A stretch of 64,000 bases of DNA, from contig JBNJNM010000011.1 of NCBI GenBank assembly GCA_052426225.1, positions 3,534,001-3,598,000 of the forward strand, written 5' to 3'. Shown here in pieces: positions 45,679 through 56,697 of the stretch. Source of the DNA: Zancudomyces culisetae HAW-14-8 (taxonomy: Eukaryota > Fungi > Kickxellomycota). The notes beneath the pieces were generated by a model, which saw nothing but the letters and a program-made list of their open reading frames with translations, was not told the DNA's origin and searched no databases. Position 1 is the first letter of the stretch. Every line of letters begins with the position of its first letter. A program made the translations under genes and the position numbers.

Positions 45679-48591
45679 CTAGCCAATATGGGATAATGTG
45701 TTGGCACATAAGTCTAGCTTTTCTTTAATGTGGTCAAGTTGGGAATGTAAGTCCCGTTGTCTGGATAAAATGTTAATGAGGCTTTTCCGATGGTTGAAAT
45801 AATATGAATCAGATGACAATGTGTCATGAGTAAAGTCGGAGGAGGGCGTGGTGGTTTCTTGATATATCGTGTCAGAAGCTGTTGGCGAAGGGCTGGCCGA
45901 GAGAATATTAAGATATCTATTTAGATCAGCCGAACTAAGTTCAGAACTGTCCAGTGACGAAGAACCCAGGTTGAGATGAGAACAGGGAGGGCTTGGCTTT
46001 TGATTTATTAAGGTCATCCAAGCCTCGAGAGGTGTGTCATACATTGTAATGGGGTGTAGAGAATGCTTAAAAATATCGGCAGAGGTAGAAGAGGTATGGT
46101 GCTTAGAAAATAAATCGGCGCTTGATGGAGGGCGAGGCGAGTAAAGGTTATCTGTGACGTTTCGTACAAGAGAAAGTTCATTAGCAGAAGAGAAGGATTT
46201 GCGTAAGGATTTTACAAATGGTATTGGATGTTGAGGCGAAGATGAGCTCAAAGCATGTTGGTTTGAGGAAGGTGGTTTTGAGATGTCATCTGTGGGCGCT
46301 TGTGTTGAATTGCTGGGCGTTTCAGAAACACAAACTTTACCAGATTTTGGTGAAGAGAAAGTTATAACATTCTCCGAGGAAACATGCCTCAGGTGTTTTT
46401 CGCGCGAATTGTTTGGGAGGGTAGGACCAAGGCTGGAAGAATCAACATCAAAGCCTTTGCCCGAGATCAGTTTATCTCCTGATTTATGCGAAGTGGGGAC
46501 AGGTAGGGGCATTGGGGAGCTGAAAGGAGTCATGTTGTCAAATATTACAGATTCTGAAAGATTAATGCAGCCATTCTCTCCGTCTAGAGACACAATGGTA
46601 TACTCGTTCTCGTTTTCGTTCTCGTTTTCGTTCTCGTTTTCATTCTCGTTTTCAAGGCTGTCGCAGTAATTATGATCCAAAAATTGAAAACTATGCGGAT
46701 TGTTTAAGGACAATGGCTGCTGATGGTTTTTTGAGATTTTTTGTTTCTTCAGAATGTCTTTGGAGCCTTTTTTTACTGTATCAAGAAGCTGTAGTAAAAA
46801 TAAGGGCTTGGTCTTCTTCTCGGTGTTCCCTGTTGACGCAGAGGAATCCTTATTGGTTAAACTGTTTTCTTGAAGTCCGGATGGCTTTCGAGTTTTAATT
46901 TCGTCCATAACTACCACTTCTACATTTGAAAGCGTATCTTCGTCGTCTGTGCTTGCACTTTTAGAGCCAATACTGTTACCTGTTGACCCCTTTGAACTCA
47001 TATATTCGAAAAATTCTCTAGAGCCAAGTGCTTCTGTTAGTGAAAGATGTTCATCAAAGTCGTTGAAGTGGCAATCTTCTGCGAATGTTATTTTGTCATC
47101 CGAGTTATTTTTTCCTACCTCAATTAGTGGCTTAGTCTTGCCCTCTTCCCCATATCCATTCAATAATGAATCTGTTCTTAATATACGATTTTCAATAAAA
47201 GTTTCCTTTTTACATACAAATACATCACGAATTTCATCTCTACAAACATGCTCATTCGTATTGGCACTTATGTCTATATCCAGATTTATATTTACACCCT
47301 CAATTTTGCTTATTTCTTTGTGTTCACTCTTTTCTTCCACAATTTGTTCAAACTGCACATCCTTATCCACAATTTCTCCTTCGTCCAATGTAGGTTGCAC
47401 AGTATCGTCGAGAGTATGTTGATCACTTTGATTATCCGTTACCCTTGAAACTTCTAGCGTTTGTCCAACCGCAGAGGCACTTGCGTCAGTCATCTGGTCG
47501 CTTTGCACTTCTGTAGTTTGTTGAATAGTATCCATCTGCTTTTCTCTTTGGTTTTCCACTTCTTCTATATACTCAACGTCCTCCTTTTTCACATTTACTA
47601 AAAGAGTTTCATTCGCTGGTTGTGCGTTTTCTGTATTCGCACGATACATATCCTCGTAGTTGTATATCGCGTTATGCAACTCCACATCGTAGCAGCTCAA
47701 ATCACATTCAATTTTTGGTTCATATTCTTCTACCACCGCACATACATCATTTTCGCCGGAAATGATTCTGCTATTGTGGTCATCTTCGCTTTTGTGGCCA
47801 TGGCCATCCTCCTCTTGTGAAGGCTTCAGGGTTTGAATATCATGGTCGATTGGCTTTAATTCTTTATTTTCTGTTGCTTGAAGGACAGCTGCTTTTGCTG
47901 TATTAAATATCTCGTCTTCGTCAAAAGTTAGAGAAAACCGCTTATGTTCAGCACTACCACCATTCTTCAAGTATATCTCTATCTCGCTAATAGCTTCTTT
48001 CCGCTTTCTTCGATAAAAATCATCAATCGATTCGACGTCGCTTACATCATCTTTATCTAGTAAGAATTCATTAACCCTTGCCCCATTCTGTTCTTTAATC
48101 CCAGGATAACTGGGTTCGTGTATTTTTATTTTCTCATCTATATTCACAGGACCACAAGTTAACTCGCCTTCCTCATCGCTATATTCGCTTGACGAATCTG
48201 TTTCATCATAAACCATACCCGCTACTTTACTTGAGAATGTGACAGTTTTTGGATTCCCTGGTATATCTGCCCTTCTACTTGCAAACTTCCTACCGCTATC
48301 TTTAAAATCCATACTTGTTGCTTTCGTCAACTGGAGGTTCCTTTCTAAATTAATTCTTGCTTGTATATCGTTTATTGTTTCAATATTATCAACTTCAATA
48401 AACCCCGCCTCGTCACTCCCTGCTACTTTTACTTTCCACCAAATCGAGTTACTATCATCAAGTACTTCCAATTTTTCACCTCGTACTACTGATAATTGCC
48501 CTTCCTCTATTGCCATATAATCTTCTTTAGCATACACGTACAAGAACTCGTCACTTTTCCGACCTTCACATCTAACTATTCTTTTCTCCAT
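45679..48591 (-). CDS. SH3 polarity protein, Tea4/Bud14-like
   Basis: N-terminal SH3 (EGQLSVVRGEKLEVLDDSNSIWWKV...IETINDIQARIN), followed by KTVTF (RVxF-type PP1-docking motif) and a long acidic/Ser-rich disordered tail. Confidence 0.8.
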   Translation of the reverse strand: MEKRIVRCEGRKSDEFLYVYAKEDYMAIEEGQLSVVRGEKLEVLDDSNSIWWKVKVAGSDEAGFIEVDNIETINDIQARINLERNLQLTKATSMDFKDSGRKFASRRADIPGNPKTVTFSSKVAGMVYDETDSSSEYSDEEGELTCGPVNIDEKIKIHEPSYPGIKEQNGARVNEFLLDKDDVSDVESIDDFYRRKRKEAISEIEIYLKNGGSAEHKRFSLTFDEDEIFNTAKAAVLQATENKELKPIDHDIQTLKPSQEEDGHGHKSEDDHNSRIISGENDVCAVVEEYEPKIECDLSCYDVELHNAIYNYEDMYRANTENAQPANETLLVNVKKEDVEYIEEVENQREKQMDTIQQTTEVQSDQMTDASASAVGQTLEVSRVTDNQSDQHTLDDTVQPTLDEGEIVDKDVQFEQIVEEKSEHKEISKIEGVNINLDIDISANTNEHVCRDEIRDVFVCKKETFIENRILRTDSLLNGYGEEGKTKPLIEVGKNNSDDKITFAEDCHFNDFDEHLSLTEALGSREFFEYMSSKGSTGNSIGSKSASTDDEDTLSNVEVVVMDEIKTRKPSGLQENSLTNKDSSASTGNTEKKTKPLFLLQLLDTVKKGSKDILKKQKISKNHQQPLSLNNPHSFQFLDHNYCDSLENENENENENENENENEYTIVSLDGENGCINLSESVIFDNMTPFSSPMPLPVPTSHKSGDKLISGKGFDVDSSSLGPTLPNNSREKHLRHVSSENVITFSSPKSGKVCVSETPSNSTQAPTDDISKPPSSNQHALSSSSPQHPIPFVKSLRKSFSSANELSLVRNVTDNLYSPRPPSSADLFSKHHTSSTSADIFKHSLHPITMYDTPLEAWMTLINQKPSPPCSHLNLGSSSLDSSELSSADLNRYLNILSASPSPTASDTIYQETTTPSSDFTHDTLSSDSYYFNHRKSLINILSRQRDLHSQLDHIKEKLDLCANTLSHIG

Positions 48592-51500
48592 TGTTGCTCC
48601 CTATTCTACTTTGTTTTGCGTTTTGTGCTTATATTTTAGACTTCTTCTGGCTACCTTAGTATATCGTTCTAGAAAATGTACTGAATTGCTATTTTTATCA
48701 TGGCATAAGCTAAGTATAATCCGTCACATTATACCTATCCAAATACTGTTTAATATTCTTAGATCTTTGCTCACCTTTGAAAGTAATCTCGATTATCTTT
48801 AGTTTTCCAGGAATGAGAAAGAAATAACACACAAGCAATAGTATTCGAAGGAGAGAAAGGAAATGGGAGACAGATTCCTGTATCAGAATTGACAGACGGA
48901 CACAGAATTGTTTGTTCTAATGTTCTCAATCGAATAAAACACGTCTCGCACTTGTATTTGTCACTAAGCCCTGCCACCACTTCTAATACTAATTGTCTAT
49001 ATATGGATCAAAAGATACTTAGATATGTAAAGGTGGTATGACAGATATATTTCTTAATTCACCTATCCTGAACTATTAATACGCCATAATAGGTACACTA
49101 TAGTTATATGTCTACCAATTTTTCCTTTTTTTTACTTTCTTTATTAACTTACCGGTATTTGTAGTTCGGGCAAACGGGTGCGTGTGTTAAAATTTGTGAT
49201 TCTTCAAAAATATTTTTTTGTGTTGCCTATTTCTCGTTAGCGTTAACCTCCCAAAACTAACACAATTATATACTGAGGCAAAATCTATCTAATCTATTGA
49301 TTTATGTGCCCCCTAATGGTAATGTTATTTATCCGCGTTTTTTGATTTAATCGTAAAATGGATTCCAGCACTTTTCTAAAATTGTAAATGTGGCCAGTTC
49401 GCTCTTTTTAATAAACTCGTGGGTGGTGTAAACACTATCTTTTTATCCGAGGGCATAAGTATATTACAGTATAAAAGTTTTTAAGTGGAGGAGGAGCGTG
49501 TTGCTCTGTATTTAATAAATATAGTCACGATGATGCTTAAAATTTGGTCACACATTAACTAAACAATGGCTAAGGTAAATATTCTTTTTTTTCACATTAG
49601 AACTTTCCAATCCCACTAAGCTTTTTTCTGTTTTTGTTTGTCCCATCTGTTTAATACCCTTAATTACAAGTCCAAATCGAGAATTACAAATTCAGATTTA
49701 ATTACTCCTAAACCATGATTGATGTTGCAATAAAATTTTAATTGCCATGCAGTCGTTGAGTATTCCTTTTCGGTCGCAGAAAGTAGGCGGTTCATACAGA
49801 CAAATTCAAACAGCAAATGATTTCAAAGCTGGCTGTTGAACAAAGAAATTGAGTAGTGCGTTTTAGCAAATGATATCACCAAATGTTTACTGTTCGTAAT
49901 TGGTACGACCAGTAGATTTTGTTATTCCCTGGTTTTTTTTATACTTCAATTATCGAGGTCTTTTTTCTCTATTTGGTAATAAAGGGAGGATAAGGGTGGG
50001 GTGATGGTGGTGAGGGGATGGGTGGTGAGTGGTGAGTGCAAAAAGATACCCTGGCAAGGGGTGCAATATTAGATGGTATGTTTTTGTTTGCTTTTTACCA
50101 TTCAAGGAGTTAATTTAAGGCAAAATTTTTTGACTGGGGGCTTTTATCTTCAGTATGTCTTGAAGATTATACACACGATTCCCATATACTTGATCGTGCC
50201 AAAAATGAATAGGGAAATGGAAAAATTATTTGATTGTGGTCCAAAATTTCAATTATATTTTTCAGCTATGCGGCATTATCCGCCTTGACTACGTCCCCTT
50301 TTGTTGGGCTATATTCCTTTCAATATAATAAACCAACTCCATTTATTTCTCTCGCTTTTGAATGTATAAACAAATCCTTTGTCCGATTTTCTCCCGCTAA
50401 TTTAGACACAACGTTTTTGCTTATACTTTTTCTCTTTAGTCCAAATCTTTATAAATCGAAGCGATGAATGAAGTCGACTTGCGACTCGGAAACTGCCTAT
50501 TCCAATTTAGCTTAAGTAAGTTTCCGATGTTATGTTTGAGGTGGTGAAACATCAGTTACTGGGCTCAAGTGTTGCATGAGCTAAAAACATTTGAGACTAT
50601 TTTTGGGTGGTTTGGGTGGTTTGCGTCATTTATAGATGTGAAAAAAAAACGCCCTCAATGAACGAAAAAAAATTATTTTTTTATTAATCCTATTCAATAT
50701 ATAAAAAAGATAATGATAAGGTATAACAATGCACAATGAACAATTAATACAATGTTAATAGTTGAATCGGAAAAGATATTATATTATGACTATAAGCAGT
50801 AAATGCCAAATTGAAATCGTACTGAATCTTTGATGGTTTTGCGGCATTTCCGTTTTTTTTTAAAAGTAATAAAACGAAATCGCCCTTCTCCCTAGCTTAT
50901 GCTTAAAGAGGAAACTAAGTAAAGCTGAGAAGAGTACTACTTTTTACCCACATATCTTCTCCTTGCACGTCCCTCCATTACTCATATTAGCAAGTCTCGT
51001 ATCTACAAACCAAATATTCTATCGGAATACTATACACACCCGACAAAAGCTGGCTATTTATTTGTAAGAGTAAAAGGGTTAATCTAAACTAGTATCATTT
51101 ATTCGCATCACCAGTGGTTAACTAGTGGTTCTAGTCTCTGTATCAAATATGTTCAATATTTTCCATTATTACACAAATTTCGCAATTTGGTATATCAATA
51201 CTCCACTTTTACACATCATCAGCTTAAATACTTTTTATTTGCCATTTTTGGTCGATCTGAACATACTAAAATTGTAAATAGAAATATTACAATCCTAAAT
51301 GAACTATCACATGCCTGAGTGTCCCAACTGTAAGGCTTGAAGATTACTTGCTAAAGCCTATATAGGAAGCTTCATTCGAAAAGCGTATTGCAAAAAAAGC
51401 GACTGTGAAATAGGCCTTTTCCACTAGTTGTCCCACCCCGACTTCATGACCATTCATATGATTTTGATTATAGATGCTTAGCCAAAAACACTAGTCTTGA

Positions 51501-52567
51501 GATGCATTGCATTCAAAATGAAAGGTTATTTCCTGTTACGTCGCTTAGCTAAAGGTTGGTTAGTAAACATCATCGATTATCACAGTAGCACAAAATCAAG
51601 GTATTAAATTAAGAGCCTACATGCCCAGACACGTCAACAAGCCGATTGTGATCGAATACTATTCGCTCTACTCAACTCAGTCCATTTTTTTATTTTTATT
51701 TTTATTATTTTATCGTTTTCTCAATAGCCTAAAAGTATTATAAACATTAACTCGCCATATTATTGGCTAAAATCAAGTTTGCGCATAACCAACTCATAAA
51801 ATGATATAGATTTACACGCTTTGTCCCAATAACTCGTTGCTAGGACATGTTACAAAAACCAAGAGGCCTAAGAATAAGCAATCCTATCAGTTCATTATAA
51901 AAGTTTGTGGATCGGTTAATTCACAACATATTAATATGTTTAGGCGTTTAGACTTTGTGCATCTGAGAAATGTATTAAATTTGAGAAAAGCACTTATCAC
52001 AAAGGCTACCTAAACATTGAACTCAGTTCTCACCCCTCCCCCCCCCCCCCCCCCCGCCCAAATCCCTCTTGACAAATAAATATTCATCGGAATGCTTGTA
52101 CTATTTTTATAACCAATAGGTTAACTGCTGACTGTATTTACTTTCTCCGTACTTTTTAGCAAAATCAGGGCCAATGTGGAATAATTGCAATTAAATTGCG
52201 TGCTTAAAAACTATGTTACAAATATACGTTGCTTTCTGATGCTTTATGTAATGAAGTCACATAGCTATGTGTGTACTAGACTTCAGGGTTCTCTGCAAAA
52301 GCGTTTGTGTTATCTCGCTTACCAAATTATTATCCAGAGCAAAGCTTGCAATATTTCCAAAACTTCTGCTCACCTTCTGTCGTTCGAACCTGCCAACATT
52401 TAAAAAACGAGTAAGGTAAGCTGGTGTAGATAAACTATGGATGTAATTTTCGACGAATATTGCTTTTATACGTGGCTCCAACTTAATTATATACAGTTGG
52501 ACATTATAAGACTAAGCAATTTTTATAAATTATTTTATTTATAAAAAGAAAAATGGAAAAAAGAATC

Positions 52568-54805
52568 TCACTTTGACAATCTCATCAAAATATCATTCAA
52601 CCTGGTCAACATAGACCTAGGATCGTCCATGAGACCGGCGGAAATGAATGCATTGTCACAGACCTGTTCTGCAATAAGTGATGCAAGTTGGGGATCAGAA
52701 TCCTTAAGTTTATACAGCTTAAGAATGACAGGATGTGAGGGGCTCAATTCAATATTACAAGGTTCCATAGGGAGTGCATTGGTTGAGCCGCTAGCCTGGT
52801 CATTGGTGCTTTCTGCCATCATTAGCATCATTTTTCTAAGCGAGGGAGACATGAAGTCTGTTAAAACGGCTGGGTGCTTTGTTAGGTAGGATGAAAATCC
52901 AATTTTTTTGATTCTTGTAGGGCCAAACACAGGAAGCAAGAAGGAAACCAACTCTTCGCGTTGAAGTTCACTCAAGCTATCACTTTCTGTAAGTGGGCTT
53001 TCTTTCTTCTCTACATCATTAGAAGCATCATCGTCTTTTTTAACCTCAGATTTTTTGATGTTTGACAATTTTTCAAGCTCTGCTTTTGCTTGCGAAGAGT
53101 CAATAGAAACGAATTTGTATTGCTTTTTGTATCCATTGGCGATCGAATTCATCATGTGGTCATCAACTGATTTTGTCAACAAGAGAACTTCAACTCCTAA
53201 ACTTTTAAATGGTTCGTAGTATGGGTTTTCCTCGGCATATTTTCGGTTAGGTGAACATAAATAGTATATGTTGTCACCCTTATTACGGCTGATATATTCA
53301 TCAACACTTGTTAGGGGAGTGTTCGGCTGCTTGTCGTTTTCTGGAGCGCCAAGTGTCTCAAACCTCAACAAGGAGATCAAGTCATCCTTTATTGCTCCAT
53401 CTGTAGAATAAAACACACCTTCTTTGATGTAGTTTCCAAATGCTCGGTAGAATTCTACATATTTCTCCGGCTCGAATCTTGCTTCATCCTTCAACCACTT
53501 GATAACCCGTGACGTCAAGACATCCCTGAGTCTGGTTATTATTCTTCCCTGTTGAAGCAGCTCGCGTGAAAGATTAAGGGGTAAATCCTCACTATCCACA
53601 ACTCCCTTAACGAATCTCAGCCACTCGGGTAGGACTTTATCACAATTAGACATTATCAAAACCTTTCTAGAGTATAAACTCAATCCTGCTGTCTTTGTCT
53701 TTTCCAGGTATAACATTTCGCTATTTGTCTTTGGAATATACAGAATAGCTTTAATAGAGAGTGGGGAATCTGTCTTATAAACCAGGTTGTACTTGTAGGT
53801 ATCATAATCTCTAGTAATGAATTTATAGAAATCATCAAACTCCTTGTCCGATATATTGCGCTTGTCCTTTAGCCAAATAGCCTCTATGGTGTTTACCTGC
53901 TCCCCATTAACTGTTATAGGAAAACCTACAAAATTGCTATATTTCTTCACGATTTCTTTAATCCTATACTCATCCAAAAATTCTTTTGCATCGTCCTTGA
54001 TATTAATTGTAATTTTAGTTCCTATTATGTCTGAATCTACCTCCTCCAACGTATATGTCCCCAAACCTTCGGATTTCCATAAATATGCCTTGTTATCCTC
54101 ATGCGTAGCGTTATTAGCTTTGGATGATTTGCTAATCACCTCCATGCTATCACCAACCATAAATCCTGAATAGAACCCCACACCAAACTGACCTACTATG
54201 TTTGATACGGTTTCGTCTTTACTGTCCCCACCTCCATCAGCTCGCTGCTTTAGTTGTTCTTCGATATAGGCTTTAGATCCTGACTTTGCTATAGTTCCTA
54301 AATTTTCCACAAGCTCGTTTTTTGTCATTCCAATTCCATAGTCGTGAATTGTTATTTTTTTGTTTTCCTTGTCTACATTTATTTCTATTTTGAGTTTCTC
54401 TGTGTCGTGCTCACCTGAAACCACTGCATCGCTGTTTGTTGCCTGTAGATATCGGAGTTTCTCTAGTGCATCAGAAGCGTTCGATATCAGTTCTCGTACA
54501 AACACCTCTCTTTGCGAATACAGCGAATGTGCTACAATATTCAACAGCTTTTTTGTTTCTGCCTTGAATTCATGAACGTTCTGTTGGGAACTGCTACCAG
54601 ATTCACCTGTACTGTATTCTCTCATATTTTTGCCACTGGATCTTGCGAGGGCATCTCTCTTTATTGCTACTGTCGCGGGTCCATTGAATTTCTTGTTTAC
54701 ACCCGTGTTTATTTTTCTAGTACTTTGCAAAGAACTACTTCTACTGGGCTGTTGTAAAAGATTTCTTGCCAGATTCCTTGTAGCTAGAAGCTTGATCATC
54801 TGCAT
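52568..54805 (-). CDS. TRAP1: Mitochondrial Hsp90 (TRAP1/Hsp75)
   Basis: ATG 54805 with a basic presequence. Motifs FKAETKKLLNIVAHSLYS, RELISNASDALEKLR, NLGTIAKSGS, GQFGVGFYS and GVVDSEDLPLNLSRELLQ. No charged linker, no MEEVD or HDEL end. Confidence 0.92.
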   Translation of the reverse strand: MQMIKLLATRNLARNLLQQPSRSSSLQSTRKINTGVNKKFNGPATVAIKRDALARSSGKNMREYSTGESGSSSQQNVHEFKAETKKLLNIVAHSLYSQREVFVRELISNASDALEKLRYLQATNSDAVVSGEHDTEKLKIEINVDKENKKITIHDYGIGMTKNELVENLGTIAKSGSKAYIEEQLKQRADGGGDSKDETVSNIVGQFGVGFYSGFMVGDSMEVISKSSKANNATHEDNKAYLWKSEGLGTYTLEEVDSDIIGTKITINIKDDAKEFLDEYRIKEIVKKYSNFVGFPITVNGEQVNTIEAIWLKDKRNISDKEFDDFYKFITRDYDTYKYNLVYKTDSPLSIKAILYIPKTNSEMLYLEKTKTAGLSLYSRKVLIMSNCDKVLPEWLRFVKGVVDSEDLPLNLSRELLQQGRIITRLRDVLTSRVIKWLKDEARFEPEKYVEFYRAFGNYIKEGVFYSTDGAIKDDLISLLRFETLGAPENDKQPNTPLTSVDEYISRNKGDNIYYLCSPNRKYAEENPYYEPFKSLGVEVLLLTKSVDDHMMNSIANGYKKQYKFVSIDSSQAKAELEKLSNIKKSEVKKDDDASNDVEKKESPLTESDSLSELQREELVSFLLPVFGPTRIKKIGFSSYLTKHPAVLTDFMSPSLRKMMLMMAESTNDQASGSTNALPMEPCNIELSPSHPVILKLYKLKDSDPQLASLIAEQVCDNAFISAGLMDDPRSMLTRLNDILMRLSK

Positions 54806-55231
54806 TTTCCTTTCTTTTTCTCTTTCTCTTTCTTTTTCTCTGTTTTTTCTTGTTTTATTTACTTTCTGGTGTATTTTCAAGATTTAATTCAGATTTGGTA
54901 TCACATTTGCCACTCTTGTCACACTGATGAAAAAAAAATTTTTTTTGGAGTTTGAAAAATGCAACAAACTCGAGCTTAAGATCAGGGTTTGTAGCCCATT
55001 ATGCGGAGGAGGGTTTCTGATTTCAGTTTTGGATTGGTAGCTTCCTATTTGTTTCTTTTTTTCCTTCATAGCTAATAGAAAATCTCGACAATCAAGGATG
55101 GGGGTTGAAATTATTTTTTTTAATCTGGCACTTATACAGTATTAACCAAAACCCTTTTTAAATTGCGCTATTCGAATTCGACTCATCTGGCGTGTACTAT
55201 AAGAAAAAAAGCGATAAAAAAAAGCGGAAAA
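54806..55231. promoter_or_regulatory. Compact bidirectional promoter region TRAP1 / NAA10
   Basis: Head-to-head ATGs 427 bp apart, with an A9T8 tract at 54930-54946. Confidence 0.65.
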
Positions 55232-56342
55232 ATGGTAAACATAAGGCCTGCGAGGGTAAGTTTGATCTAATTTCAGATTTGATATTTCACTACACTTCCT
55301 ACTAGCACGTTTTCTGTTGCTCAATACATCATACTGTATATCCTTTTTTTCAAAAAAATAAAATAAGAGAGCATTCCAACAAGATTTAGCTTTGATAGAT
55401 TGAAGACTTCACACAAATACAAAACTGCAATTTGCATAATTTACCCGAAAATTACCAACTCAAGTATTGTAAGTCGAGTGAAATAATTATTAAGAGTAAT
55501 GCGTGTAATTAGAATACCCAACGCGAGCGGTGAAATATACAATAAAAATAGCATATCAATGATTTTTATTAAATCTTTAGATCTGTACCACGGTCTAACC
55601 TGGCCCCAGCTCTCATATGTCGCAGAAAATGATCAAGGAGTCATTGTAGGATATGTTCTGGCCAAAATGTAAAACAACAACCGCACTTTGTTACTTTATA
55701 AATCTTGAAGAGGAAAAAATTGTCCTTATATGATTCAATTTCATGTATATAAAGATAAAGTTAAATGAAGTAAAAATGAAAATTAACATGCTTATAGAGA
55801 GGATGACGAAAAGAAAAAAGATGAGCCAACACATGGTCATATTACATCGATTTCGGTTATGAGAACATACAGAAGACTAGGGATCGGACAAAAACTGATG
55901 AAGCAATCCCGTAAGCATAACTAATCGTTCATATATGTGAGATCCCCTCCCTCGCCCTTTTCCCTCCCCAAAAAAAGCGGAAAAGAGTAAAGTAGTGGCA
56001 TTTCAAACACTATCAAACAAGAGATAAATGTATAGTTTACTGCCATATATCAACCTAGAATTGAGCATGAAAGAAGTCTATGGTGCCAGTTATGTTTCTC
56101 TGCATGTACGAGTCTCTAATTTTGCCGCAATAAAGCTATACCGAGATAGTCTTAAATTCAGGTAAATTCAGCGGCCATACCCACACATCCTCTTGAGTGA
56201 TACCATCTATATATTTTAATTGCTGCTAACGTCGCCTACCCTTATTAATTTGTACTTGCTTGTATTAAATAGTGTTGATCACACCGAAGCTAAGTATTAT
56301 GCCGATGGAGAAGATGCGTACTACATGAAGCTGATTCTTTAA
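55232..56342 (+). CDS. ARD1: NatA N-terminal acetyltransferase catalytic subunit (6 exons; absent from ORF track)
   Basis: Exons 55232-55255, 55399-55468, 55581-55668, 55798-55910, 56059-56161, 56273-56342 give [47 protein letters not shown]...VGYVLAK...[19 protein letters not shown]...VSLHVRVSN...[16 protein letters not shown]. Confidence 0.95.
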
Positions 56343-56697
56343 AATATCTGTGCATAGACGTTTATATATTTATTTGGAGTTAGATTAGCTTTTTGTGTCA
56401 AAGCTTTTGTTCGTCTATATTAGTACTTTTGGAAAACAACAAAGTTTAATAAATTATAGACAAGATCTAAAAAAAAGGGTAATGGGTTTGGAGTTTTCAG
56501 CTTGAACAGATGTACTGCTGATGATTATATGTTGCACTACTGCTTCGATATATGTGTATGGCCGGCTCTGGTTTATGAAAATTAAGTTTGTGGCTTGAAA
56601 AATAGGCGCAAATCCAATTTTTATATGGACCTGAGTGGTATAGATAATAGGAGATCGGAATAAAAGCGGGTAAAAACAGAGTAGAGAGTCAGATAAT

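Noticed and set aside
51751-51780. TTGGCTAAAATCAAGT resembling the U2 snRNA 5' end
   Set aside because: Lacks the GTGTAGTA branch-pairing sequence and the rest of U2.
55338-55347. U12-type donor-like ATATCCTTTT (also GTATCCTTTT at 2737)
   Set aside because: Not at an exon boundary and no TCCTTAAC branch site downstream; all modelled introns are U2-type GT-AG.
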